Part shown: positions 1-7,679 of the stretch, one piece after another
How the letters are laid out: every line of letters begins with the position of its first letter
Position numbering within the stretch: the stretch's first letter is position 1
NCBI GenBank assembly: GCA_963774095.1
Contig: CAVZDS010000005.1
Span: 31,949-95,948 of the forward strand
Direction: 5' to 3'
From: an uncultured Thermoleophilaceae bacterium
Lineage (GTDB): Bacteria; Actinomycetota; Thermoleophilia; Solirubrobacterales; Thermoleophilaceae
Length of the DNA stretch: 64,000 nt
Program-made: the position numbers and the translations under genes
The notes under the pieces: model-generated
What the model was told of the DNA's origin: nothing
The model's input: only the letters and a program-made list of their open reading frames with translations
Database searches by the model: none

Positions 1-305
1 CCCGGCTGACCCTGCGCGGAGGGCGCGCCGGCTCCGGACTTCGCCCGGGCGCCGGTGGCCGCACGCTGGCTCGGCGCGCCGGCTCCCGCTGCCGAGCGTC
101 CCGGCTTCGGGGACGCCGCCGGCTTCGCTCGCGTGCGCGGCTTCGAGGCCCGCGGCGCCTTCGCCGCGGGCGTCCCGCCGGCCTCGGCCTTTGCCGCCGC
201 CTTGCGCGCCGCAGTCGAGGGCCTACCGGCCGCATCCCGCTTCTCGCTCCGGTTGCCCGGCCGTGATCGAGGCAGGTTTCCAAGCACTCCGTCGTCGTCC
301 GTCAT
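1..305 (-). CDS. 5' part of a gene that runs off the left edge. The N-terminus is Lys/Ala/Pro-rich, basic and low-complexity (MTDDDGVLGNLPRSRPGNRSEKRDAAGRPSTAARKAAAKAEAGGTPAAKAPRASKPRTRAKPAASPKPGRS...).
   Basis: Own minus-strand translation: ATG at 305-303, then 101 codons with no stop up to the window edge. Third codon positions are G/C-rich. Many AAG Lys codons are present, which is unlikely by chance in DNA this GC-rich. The ORF is missing from the track because its stop lies outside the window. No convincing SD. Confidence 0.35.
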   Translation of the reverse strand, partial: MTDDDGVLGNLPRSRPGNRSEKRDAAGRPSTAARKAAAKAEAGGTPAAKAPRASKPRTRAKPAASPKPGRSAAGAGAPSQRAATGARAKSGAGAPSAQGQP

Positions 306-425
306 GGCCGGGGATTCTAGTCCTGCCGGTTCTGGGTACATGGGAGTAATAACTGCCGCCGATACAGTAGGAATAGGAATCAACTGGTTGACTGGCTAGT
401 CAGCGGAAATTCCGCTTCGGGCCGC

Positions 426-453
426 TTGACTTCACTATCTGTAGCGTTAGTGT
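426..453 (+). promoter_or_regulatory. Candidate sigma-70-type promoter for the sigma-factor gene
   Basis: TTGACT (426-431), a 16-bp spacer, then TAGTGT (448-453), which fits the actinobacterial TAnnnT -10. It lies in the only AT-richer stretch upstream and would give a ~60-nt leader. A second TTGACT at 388-393 has no matching -10. This is a pattern match only. Confidence 0.3.
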
Positions 454-518
454 GTACATCGATGGTTTGAATGGGCCCGGCGCCCTCGCGCTGGGCCCTG
501 CGCGCCGCAAGGAAAAGG

Positions 519-1613
519 ATGTCTGTAGCCGATCTGCAAGAGCTTGAGGAGGTAAAGCTCCTCGTCGTCAAGGGCCAGGCGACCGGTGTGCTGACCTATG
601 CCGAGGTCGCCACCGCACTCGCCGAGGTCGAACTCGACGAGGGCGACATCGAAGAGCTCCACGGCTACTTCGAGAAGTCCGAGATCGAGCTCGTCGAGGA
701 CGATCCGACGCACGCCGCGCCCGTGGTTGAGCGCGCCGTCGACCGCCGCAGCCGGCGCAAGAAGGCGACGATCGACCTCAAGCCGGACATGACGACCGAC
801 TCCCTTCAGCTGTTCCTGAAGGACATCGGCAAGGTGCGCCTGCTCACCGCGCAGGAGGAGGTCGACCTCGCCAAGCGCATCGAGCGCGGCGACCTCGACG
901 CGAAGCAGAAGATGGTCGAGTCGAACCTGCGCCTTGTCGTCTCGATCGCCAAGAACTACCGCAACCAGGGCCTGCCCTTCCTCGACCTGATCCAGGAGGG
1001 CACGCTCGGCCTGGTCCGCGCCGCGGAGAAGTTCGACTACCGCAAGGGCTTCAAGTTCTCGACCTACGCCACCTGGTGGATCCGCCAGGCGATCGCCCGC
1101 GCGCTCGCCGACAAGGCGCGCACGATCCGCATCCCGGTGCACGTGGTCGAGAAGCTCAACAAGATCGGCCGCGCCGAGCGCAAGCTCGTCACCGAGCTCG
1201 GCCGCGAGCCCACCCCGGAGGAGATCGCCGAGCACACCGGCATCGAGCCCGACGAGGTCGAGTCGATCAAGCGCTCCGCGCAGGCCCCGGTCTCGCTCGA
1301 GAAGCCGGTCGGCGACGAGGAGGAGTCCGAGTTCGGCCAGTTCATCGCCGACGAGCGCGCCGAGTCGCCCTATGAGCGCGCGGCGGAGATCCTCACCAAG
1401 GAGGCCCTCCGCGAGGCACTCGAGAACCTCTCCTACCGCGAGCGCCGCGTTCTGGAGCTGCGCTATGGCCTGGGCGGCGAGCACCCGCGCACGCTCGACG
1501 AGGTCGGCCGCACGTTCAACGTGACGCGCGAGCGGATCCGCCAGATCGAGAACCAGTCGCTCAAGAAGCTGCAGTCACTCGCGGAAGCTCAGAAGCTCCG
1601 CGACGTCGCGTAG
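519..1613 (+). CDS. sigA: RNA polymerase sigma-70 family factor, principal (group 1-like)
   Basis: The track ORF is 471-1613. I prefer ATG 519 because a purine-rich AAGGAAAAGG sits directly upstream. Region 2 is [37 protein letters not shown]. Region 4.2 is [15 protein letters not shown]...[20 protein letters not shown]. An acidic region 1.1-like N-terminus is present. Confidence 0.93.
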   Translation: MSVADLQELEEVKLLVVKGQATGVLTYAEVATALAEVELDEGDIEELHGYFEKSEIELVEDDPTHAAPVVERAVDRRSRRKKATIDLKPDMTTDSLQLFLKDIGKVRLLTAQEEVDLAKRIERGDLDAKQKMVESNLRLVVSIAKNYRNQGLPFLDLIQEGTLGLVRAAEKFDYRKGFKFSTYATWWIRQAIARALADKARTIRIPVHVVEKLNKIGRAERKLVTELGREPTPEEIAEHTGIEPDEVESIKRSAQAPVSLEKPVGDEEESEFGQFIADERAESPYERAAEILTKEALREALENLSYRERRVLELRYGLGGEHPRTLDEVGRTFNVTRERIRQIENQSLKKLQSLAEAQKLRDVA

Positions 1614-1793
1614 CCGGAAGACCCCGCCAAGCAACAGCGGTCAAGCGGGTGTGATCTGACTTAGCCGCGATATACGCGGTTAACCCAGAGAGCACTCCCT
1701 CAATGCTGGTAGTTCGGGCGCCTGAAGCCAAAAGGCTCGTCCAATACGCGCTTCAGCTCTCAAGGCACGCGCTGGATAGCCGATGCACAAACC

Positions 1794-2972
1794 ATGTTCG
1801 ACGTCGACGCTGCCCTCATGACCGTTATCGAGACGGAGGGCTCCGACCTCCATCTCAAGGTCCCCGCCCAGCCCATGATCCGGCGTTACGGCAAGCTCGT
1901 GCCCATCGAGGGCTCCGAGCCGCTGCGCCCGGAGGACACCGAGAAAACCCTCTTCCACATGCTCACGGACGAGGCGAAGCTCGAGGCCTTCCGCGCCGAG
2001 CGCGAGGTGGACTTCTCCTACTCCGTGCCCGGCGTGGCGCGCTTCCGCGTGAACGCGTTCGTTCAGCGCGGCTCCGTGTCGCTCGTCTGCCGCGCCATCC
2101 CGTTCGAGATCAAGACCGTGGATGAGCTGCTGCTGCCGCCGGTGATCTCGGAGATCGCCGACGAGGAGCGCGGCCTGATCCTGCTCACCGGCACCACCGG
2201 TTCCGGTAAGTCGACGACGCTCGCCTCGATGATCGACCACATCAACGCCGGCTACGCGAAGCACATCGTCACGATCGAGGACCCGGTCGAGTTCCTGCAC
2301 CGCGACAAGCTGTCGATCATCAACCAGCGCGAGGTCGGCGAGGACACCGCCTCGTTCGCCCGCGCCCTGCGCCGCGTGCTGCGCCAGGACCCGGACGTGA
2401 TTCTCGTCGGCGAGATGCGCGACGAGGAGACGGTGCGGACGGCCCTGTCGGCCGCCGAGACCGGCCACCTCGTGCTCTCCACCATCCACACGGTCGACGC
2501 GGCCGAGTCGGTGAACCGCATCATCGACTTCTTCCCGCAGGCAGAGCAGCGCCAGGCCCGCGCCATGCTGGCCGGCACGCTCAAGGCCGTGATCTCCCAG
2601 CGGCTCGTGCCGACGCCCGACAAGAACGGACGCGTCGCGACCTGCGAGATCCTGCGCATGACCGGCCGCGTGCGCGACATGATCATGAATCCCGAGGAGA
2701 CCGGGAGGCTCCCCGAGGTCATCTCCGAGGGCGCCTACTACGGCATGCAGACCTTCGACCAGGCGCTGCTCCACCACGTCCAGCAGGGGCGGGTCGCGAT
2801 GGAGGACGCCCTCAAGGCGTCCACCCATCCGCACGACTTCAAGCTGCTCGTGTCCTCGGACGGTCTGCGCAGCACCTCGGTCGAGTCGTTGTCCCCCGAC
2901 GAGCCCGAGGACTCGGGCGCCGCGGGGGCGAACGGCGCGCAGCCGAGTGTCAGCGGCGCGCCGGGCGCGTGA
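1794..2972 (+). CDS. pilT: Type IV pilus retraction ATPase, PilT family
   Basis: N-terminal GSDLHLKV, Walker A GTTGSGKSTT, Walker B/Asp box DPDVILVGEMRD, His box TGHLVLSTIHT. No other pilus genes occur in the window. The 3' end overlaps the convergent peptidase gene by 23 nt. Confidence 0.9.
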   Translation: MFDVDAALMTVIETEGSDLHLKVPAQPMIRRYGKLVPIEGSEPLRPEDTEKTLFHMLTDEAKLEAFRAEREVDFSYSVPGVARFRVNAFVQRGSVSLVCRAIPFEIKTVDELLLPPVISEIADEERGLILLTGTTGSGKSTTLASMIDHINAGYAKHIVTIEDPVEFLHRDKLSIINQREVGEDTASFARALRRVLRQDPDVILVGEMRDEETVRTALSAAETGHLVLSTIHTVDAAESVNRIIDFFPQAEQRQARAMLAGTLKAVISQRLVPTPDKNGRVATCEILRMTGRVRDMIMNPEETGRLPEVISEGAYYGMQTFDQALLHHVQQGRVAMEDALKASTHPHDFKLLVSSDGLRSTSVESLSPDEPEDSGAAGANGAQPSVSGAPGA

Positions 2973-4614
2973 CGCGGATCCTCAGCCGGACCCGGCCCTC
3001 GTAGCTCACATCGTCGGAGCTGAGCACCAGCCGCGGCGGGCGGTGCTTGAAGCGCGCCTCGATGCCGATGCTCTGGCGAAGGCCGCGGATGCGGCGCGCG
3101 AGCTGGCGCACCGTGCGCGGCTCCGAGGAGCCGCCGCCCCCGCCGAACTCGCCCTCGAGCAACACGGTCAGCTCGTCGACCAGCGCCTCCTCGGAGAACC
3201 CACTGCCGCTGCCCCTGAGCGTGAGCCTGCGCACGCCCGGGCGCAGCGAGCGGGGGATGCGCACGGGAACCGTGAGTTCGCGCCGCGCGCCGTGGCGGCG
3301 CTGTACGGTCAGCCGCACCCGGATCCGCTCACCCCTGCGTGCGCGGCGCGGCCCGCGGGCGCCGATCAGAACGTCCTGCTTGATCCCCGGCCGTGCGCGC
3401 AGCGTCACGGCGGCGCCCTCCACGTGGAGCGGAGCGAGGTCGAAGAAGTCGATCATGCCGCCCGCCTGCGACAGGTCGTTCACCGCGTCGTCCACCGAGA
3501 AGTACGTGTTGCAGAACGCCATCGGCCGGGTCCGCTCGCTCACGCGGAAGCGGGCGCACATGCGGAGCGTGACGGGGCCGAAGTCCCTCATCAGCCGCCC
3601 GACCGCCTCCGTGGCGCCGAGCGGCGCTACGAACGAGAGAGCGGCCCCGTACCCGAGCTCGCGCTCGTCGGCCAGCAGCGAGTCGAGCGTCAGTCGCGCG
3701 CCGGCGCTGTTGCGGGCGTCGATGTGCAGCGGGACAGCAGGCGGTCCGGGCCCGACCTTGCCGGCCACCGAGTCCACGGTGTCACTGGTGAGCGAGCCGA
3801 GAGGGTGGCCGTCTGCCGAGGCCAGCTTGTAGGTGACGGCGCCGAAGTCGGGTATGCCGAGCGGGTTCTGGATCACGGTGTAGACGTAGGCGTCGGTCAG
3901 GAACAGCGCCCGGCGCCCGAGCCCCTCGAAGGGATGACCAAACGCCCAGACGTCCTCGCCGTCGCGGTAGGTCACGGTCCCGACCGCGCCCAGCGCGAGG
4001 TCGCCCGTCGAGATCGACGCGGACACGGCCGAACCGGCGCGAACGTCGACCGGCTCGTAGCCGCCGACCGGCCCGGCCGGGGCCATCAGCAGCGGCCGCC
4101 CCGCACGCCGGGCCGCCTGCTGGAGCAGCGCGCTCGCCGGTCCGGTGAGCCCCGAGACGGTGAGCGGCGTCCGGAGCGGGCTGGCGGCGCGGAGGAGCGC
4201 GGGGTCGCGCCGTGCGGCAGCCGGGGCCGAGGGACGGTCCTGGAGCATGCTCTCGATCGGCGTGGCGAGCGCCACGTGGTTGCCGTACTCGCCGAGGCCC
4301 TCGGAGATGGCGCCCGCGTTGCGGCCGTCGCAGATCAGCGGGGAGCCCGAGAAGCCCGGCCCGATGCCGCTCGCGTCGACCGCCGGGCCGGACACGCGGA
4401 TCAGGATGCGCGGCCCGCTGAGGCCCGGTTCGGGGGCGATCACGTCGAGGATCTCGACGTCGAACGACGAGATCGCCGTGCCCTTGATCACCGAGAGTCC
4501 GGTGCAGGTCATGCCCTGCCGGACCTCGGAAAGCGGCATGATCGGGTCAGCCGCCTGCGCCGCCGGGGCAACCACGAACAGCGCGGCCACTGAAAGGAGC
4601 ACTCGGCGGAACAA
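2950..4614 (-). CDS. Secreted S55 (SpoIVB-type) serine peptidase domain protein with an Arg-rich C-terminal region
   Basis: The track ORF is 2950-4983, but its first ~120 codons overlap the divergent AIM24 gene. The first usable start is TTG 4614, giving the signal peptide MFRRVLLSVAALFVVAPAAQA/ADP. The segment FDVEILDVI...GIGPGFSGSPLICDGRNAGAISEG...TPIESML aligns with the SpoIVB catalytic-Ser segment (FDIEIV...[21 protein letters not shown]...IEWML). No SD is visible, so the start is uncertain. Confidence 0.75.
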   Translation of the reverse strand: MFRRVLLSVAALFVVAPAAQAADPIMPLSEVRQGMTCTGLSVIKGTAISSFDVEILDVIAPEPGLSGPRILIRVSGPAVDASGIGPGFSGSPLICDGRNAGAISEGLGEYGNHVALATPIESMLQDRPSAPAAARRDPALLRAASPLRTPLTVSGLTGPASALLQQAARRAGRPLLMAPAGPVGGYEPVDVRAGSAVSASISTGDLALGAVGTVTYRDGEDVWAFGHPFEGLGRRALFLTDAYVYTVIQNPLGIPDFGAVTYKLASADGHPLGSLTSDTVDSVAGKVGPGPPAVPLHIDARNSAGARLTLDSLLADERELGYGAALSFVAPLGATEAVGRLMRDFGPVTLRMCARFRVSERTRPMAFCNTYFSVDDAVNDLSQAGGMIDFFDLAPLHVEGAAVTLRARPGIKQDVLIGARGPRRARRGERIRVRLTVQRRHGARRELTVPVRIPRSLRPGVRRLTLRGSGSGFSEEALVDELTVLLEGEFGGGGGSSEPRTVRQLARRIRGLRQSIGIEARFKHRPPRLVLSSDDVSYEGRVRLRIRVTRPARR

Positions 4615-4707
4615 GAGAATCCAGAGTACTTGACGATTTGTGCTTGACGGGTCAGGGGACCTGACCGAGAGTGTCCGAGTTCCAACGACGAGACCGAAGG
4701 AGACCAG

Positions 4708-5421
4708 GTGCAGAGCACCCTTGGCGAGTTTCAGGAAACGAAGTCCGAGCAGCCGTTCGCGCTCCAGAACTCGAAGCTGTTGAAGGTCAGCCTCAACCAG
4801 ATCACGATCCAGGCGAGAGCCGGGGCCATGGTCGCCTACCAGGGCGACGTGGCGTTCGAGCACGCGGGCTCGGGCGGCCTCAGCCGGATGGTCAAGAAGG
4901 CCGTCTCGGGCGAGGGCATCACGCTCATGAAGATGTCCGGGACCGGCGAGGTGTTTCTCGCCGACACCGCGCAGGACATCCACCTGATCTACCTCGAGAA
5001 CGACGCGATCACGGTGAACGGCCCGAACCTGCTGGCGTTCGACTCCGGGATCGACTGGGACATCAAGCGGGTCGAGGGCGTCTCCGGCTTCGTGGGCGGG
5101 GGCCTCTTCAACATGGCCCTGTCCGGCACCGGCTGGGTGGCGATCGTCTCCGACGGGCCGCCCGTGCTGCTCAACACCGGCGAGGCGCCCACCTTTGCGG
5201 ACCCGCAGGCGGCGATCACCTGGGCCTCGAGCGTCCAGACCGGCATCAAGACGGACATCAAGCTGAAGAACTTCATCGGCCGCGGCTCGGGGGAGTCGGT
5301 GCAGATGTCGTTCGCCGGCCAGGGCTGGCTGCTTGTGCAGCCGAGCGAGGGCCGGGTGCAGGCCGCCCAGCCCGGGGGCAGCCCCGGCGGCGGGGGCCTG
5401 CTGAGTCAGCTCGGCGGCTGA
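4708..5421 (+). CDS. AIM24 family protein (TIGR00266/DUF124-like)
   Basis: GTG start with SD GAAGGAG 5 nt upstream. Family-typical segments are GEGITLMKMSGTGEVFLA, LLAFDSGIDWDI and GGGLFNMALSGTGWVAI. Confidence 0.85.
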   Translation: MQSTLGEFQETKSEQPFALQNSKLLKVSLNQITIQARAGAMVAYQGDVAFEHAGSGGLSRMVKKAVSGEGITLMKMSGTGEVFLADTAQDIHLIYLENDAITVNGPNLLAFDSGIDWDIKRVEGVSGFVGGGLFNMALSGTGWVAIVSDGPPVLLNTGEAPTFADPQAAITWASSVQTGIKTDIKLKNFIGRGSGESVQMSFAGQGWLLVQPSEGRVQAAQPGGSPGGGGLLSQLGG

Positions 5422-5438
5422 GTTCTGAGGGAGGAAAT

Positions 5439-5470
5439 GGCCGGCGGCCCCACTCGTGGAGCCGCCGGCC
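5439..5470 (+). terminator. GC-rich hairpin downstream of the AIM24 gene; candidate intrinsic terminator
   Basis: A perfect 10-bp stem, GGCCGGCGGC (5439-5448) with GCCGCCGGCC (5461-5470), and a 12-nt loop. It starts 18 nt after the TGA at 5419-5421 and is followed by a moderately T-rich GCATTACTTCAGTT. It also overlaps a 21-codon sORF (see findings). Confidence 0.45.
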
Positions 5471-5512
5471 GCATTACTTCAGTTCGTGAAGTCTTGCTAT
5501 AGACTGGCCTAT

Positions 5513-5872
5513 ATGGCCGATCCCACCTGCCCCGTCTGCGCAACCGCGGACATCATCTGTGGCAAGTGGACCATCCTTGTGATTCGCGATCTTGCCGAGG
5601 GACGCAGCCGCTTTTGCGAGCTCGAGCGCTCGCTCGCCGGCATCAGCCCCAGGACCCTCTCGTTGCGCCTGCGCGCGCTCGAGGAGCAGGGCATCGTCGA
5701 GCGCCACACCTTCCCCGAGGTGCCGCCGCGGGTCGAGTACTCGCTCACGCCGAAGGGCATGGCGATCGTGCCGCTGATCGAGGACATGCGCCGCTACGGG
5801 CGCGAGTGGCTCGGCGTGGACGACTGCGCCACCGCGCCCGCCGAATCCGGGCGCGAGCCCGTCGCTGCCTAA
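5513..5872 (+). CDS. HxlR family winged-helix transcriptional regulator
   Basis: Signature CPVCATADIICGKWTILVIRDLAEGRSRFCELERSLAGISPRTLSLRLRALEEQGIVER...PPRVEYSLTPKG. ATG 5513 is preferred over the track start GTG 5456. TATAGA at 5498-5503 would fit a leaderless transcript. Confidence 0.88.
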   Translation: MADPTCPVCATADIICGKWTILVIRDLAEGRSRFCELERSLAGISPRTLSLRLRALEEQGIVERHTFPEVPPRVEYSLTPKGMAIVPLIEDMRRYGREWLGVDDCATAPAESGREPVAA

Positions 5873-6047
5873 AAGGCGGGCTTCCACCCGCACCGCGGGC
5901 CCAGAAGTTGTTGATGAACTCGCATGAAGTCGCTGCCGGGGCTGCCGCCGAGCACCGAGGCGCCGTCACCTTCTCCGCCGAACATTGGTCGGGCCGTCGC
6001 GCACGCACCCGGCAGGATCGTCGCCGCCTGGCTCGAATCCGCGACTC

Positions 6048-7577
6048 ATGCGTAACCGTGCTCTCCATGACGCGCTGCGGAACTTCGCGCTGGAGGCGGC
6101 CGCGCTACTCAGCGATGACCTGAAGGCCGGCGCCGAGGTCGAATTCGACGTGGTCGACGAGGGAAGCGGCCGCGGGCCCGCGCTCTACCGCTACGAACCG
6201 CGCACCGGCGCGTTCCTCACGGAACGCTGGCCCAGGCTGCGCGAGCTGCCGGCCTGCGCCCAGGCTTGCCAGGAGCTCGGAGCTGGCGCGTCCGCCTGGC
6301 TGCGGGTGAACGGCCTCAGCGGCGAGCAGGCCGAGCCGGCGCTCCAGGCGATGCTCGAGCGGCTGTACGAGGACGCCACCAGCTTCGGCTTCCCCGAGGA
6401 GCGCTTCGACCGCGTCTACCGCGAGGTCGAGGTCACTCTCTACCGCGACGCCGTGCGCGCCCGTGTGATTGCGCCGCTGCGCGGGGCGTGGATGGAGGCG
6501 GAGCGGGTGGAGCTCGGCGACGGCGTGTCGCTGGTGCGCGGCGATCGGTTCGAGGGACCCCACGAGAGCTCCGAGCTCCTGTGTGTGCTCGAGCGGGACG
6601 TTCCCGCCGACGACCCGATTCCGACCGAGGAGGCCGCCGACCGCTTCGCGGCCGTGATCACGGCAATGCGGCTGTGGCTGCCCGGGGGCGTGATCCTCGG
6701 GGCGCCCGGCTGGCGCCAGACGGACCAGGGCCGCTGGCAGCCGCTCCCGCTCGGCTCAGGGGCTAACCCGCCCGCCGGCGAGTGGATGCTTCAGGCCGGC
6801 GACGAGCAGGCCTTCCGAGAGTTCTTCGCGGTCATCGACGGTGCGCGCCCGCCCGACACGGTCGCCTGGGCGCTCGACCGCTTCGAGATGGGCTGCGAGC
6901 GCGCGATGGAGGCACAGGCGCTCTCCGACCACCTGCTCGCGCTGCGTGCCCTCCTGGACGCCACCACGGAGGCGGGGCAGGCTAGCCTGGCGCTGCGCCT
7001 CGCGGCGCTCTGCGCCGAGGAGGGCACCCGCCGCGACGTTCAGCATCGCCTCGAGGCCGCGCTTGCGCTCGAGCGCTTCGTCATGGGTGGCGCCACTGGG
7101 CTGCGCCCCGACGCGGAGTCGCCACGCGAGCTCGTGGAGGAGGCGGAGAACCACCTGCGCGCGCTGCTGCGCGACGTGCTCTGCGGGTACCTCGACGCCG
7201 ACCTCAAGGGCGTGGCCGACGACATCCTGGTGGACGCCGGCCCGGAGCCGTTCATGGGGCCGGAGGCGGGGGAGTTCGAGGCGCGCGACCTGCGCAAGGA
7301 GCCGCGCTTCGAGCGCGCGCCGGAGCCGGCGCCGCAGCCGTACCTCGACTTCGGCCCCGACGCCGAGTACGAGCCCGAACCGGGCTACGAGCCCGAACCC
7401 GCGCCCGGCTACGAACCCGCGCCCGACTACGAGGCCGAGCTCGACGCCGAGCCCGACACCGCCGAGCTCGAGGCGGTCACGGTCCCACCCGAGCCCGTGC
7501 AGCACGAGCTGGACGGCGTGACGCAGTCAGTCGACTTCGGCTGGGACGACCCCGAGGACTTCTCGGCCCCGGTCTGA
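6048..7577 (+). CDS. Hypothetical protein, 509 aa, with an acidic Pro/Glu/Tyr-rich C-terminal tail
   Basis: Long ORF (track 5985-7577) with a consistent G/C third-position bias. ATG 6048 (MRNRALHDALRNF...) is preferred over TTG 5985. I recognise no family. The tail is EYEPEPGYEPEPAPGYEPAPDYEAELDAEPD and the protein ends ...VDFGWDDPEDFSAPV. Confidence 0.7.
   Translation: MRNRALHDALRNFALEAAALLSDDLKAGAEVEFDVVDEGSGRGPALYRYEPRTGAFLTERWPRLRELPACAQACQELGAGASAWLRVNGLSGEQAEPALQAMLERLYEDATSFGFPEERFDRVYREVEVTLYRDAVRARVIAPLRGAWMEAERVELGDGVSLVRGDRFEGPHESSELLCVLERDVPADDPIPTEEAADRFAAVITAMRLWLPGGVILGAPGWRQTDQGRWQPLPLGSGANPPAGEWMLQAGDEQAFREFFAVIDGARPPDTVAWALDRFEMGCERAMEAQALSDHLLALRALLDATTEAGQASLALRLAALCAEEGTRRDVQHRLEAALALERFVMGGATGLRPDAESPRELVEEAENHLRALLRDVLCGYLDADLKGVADDILVDAGPEPFMGPEAGEFEARDLRKEPRFERAPEPAPQPYLDFGPDAEYEPEPGYEPEPAPGYEPAPDYEAELDAEPDTAELEAVTVPPEPVQHELDGVTQSVDFGWDDPEDFSAPV
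7365..7433 (+). repeat. Imperfect in-frame tandem repeat (15-18 nt units) encoding (G/D)YEPEP-type repeats
   Basis: The units are GAGTACGAGCCCGAACCG, GGCTACGAGCCCGAACCC..., GGCTACGAACCCGCGCCC and GACTACGAGGCC, read directly from the sequence. Confidence 0.6.
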
Positions 7578-7586
7578 GCTCCGCCG

Positions 7587-7637
7587 TCGACCGTCCTGCC
7601 TAGGGCGGTTATATGAAGCACTAGGCAGGACGGTCGA
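7587..7637. terminator. Perfect 17-bp inverted repeat between convergent genes; candidate bidirectional terminator
   Basis: TCGACCGTCCTGCCTAG (7587-7603) pairs with CTAGGCAGGACGGTCGA (7621-7637) around a 17-nt AT-richer loop, GGCGGTTATATGAAGCA. It lies 10 nt after the plus-strand stop (7575-7577) and 43 nt after the minus-strand stop (7680-7682). It is the longest perfect hairpin I saw in the window. There is no U-tract. Confidence 0.6.
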
Positions 7638-7679
7638 TGTCCTCATTGCCGTAGTTCGGGTCACCGGCCGCGCGAGCCG

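Noticed and set aside
55-399. A 114-aa plus-strand ORF upstream of the sigma-factor gene
   Set aside because: Its 3' third uses AT-rich codons in what looks like promoter or leader DNA. The opposite strand carries a more plausible Lys-rich partial ORF (1-305).
447-1484. Many long antisense or alternative-frame ORFs, for example 447-1484, 1680-2834, 2947-4593, 7725-9191, 20836-22617, 25024-26811, 27813-29357, 39312-41096, 47847-49421 and 50634-52229
   Set aside because: These are shadow ORFs, as expected in DNA of about 70% GC. Their products are dominated by Arg/Leu/Gly/Asp/His runs, and each overlaps a gene with clear family motifs. I recognise no family signatures in any of them.
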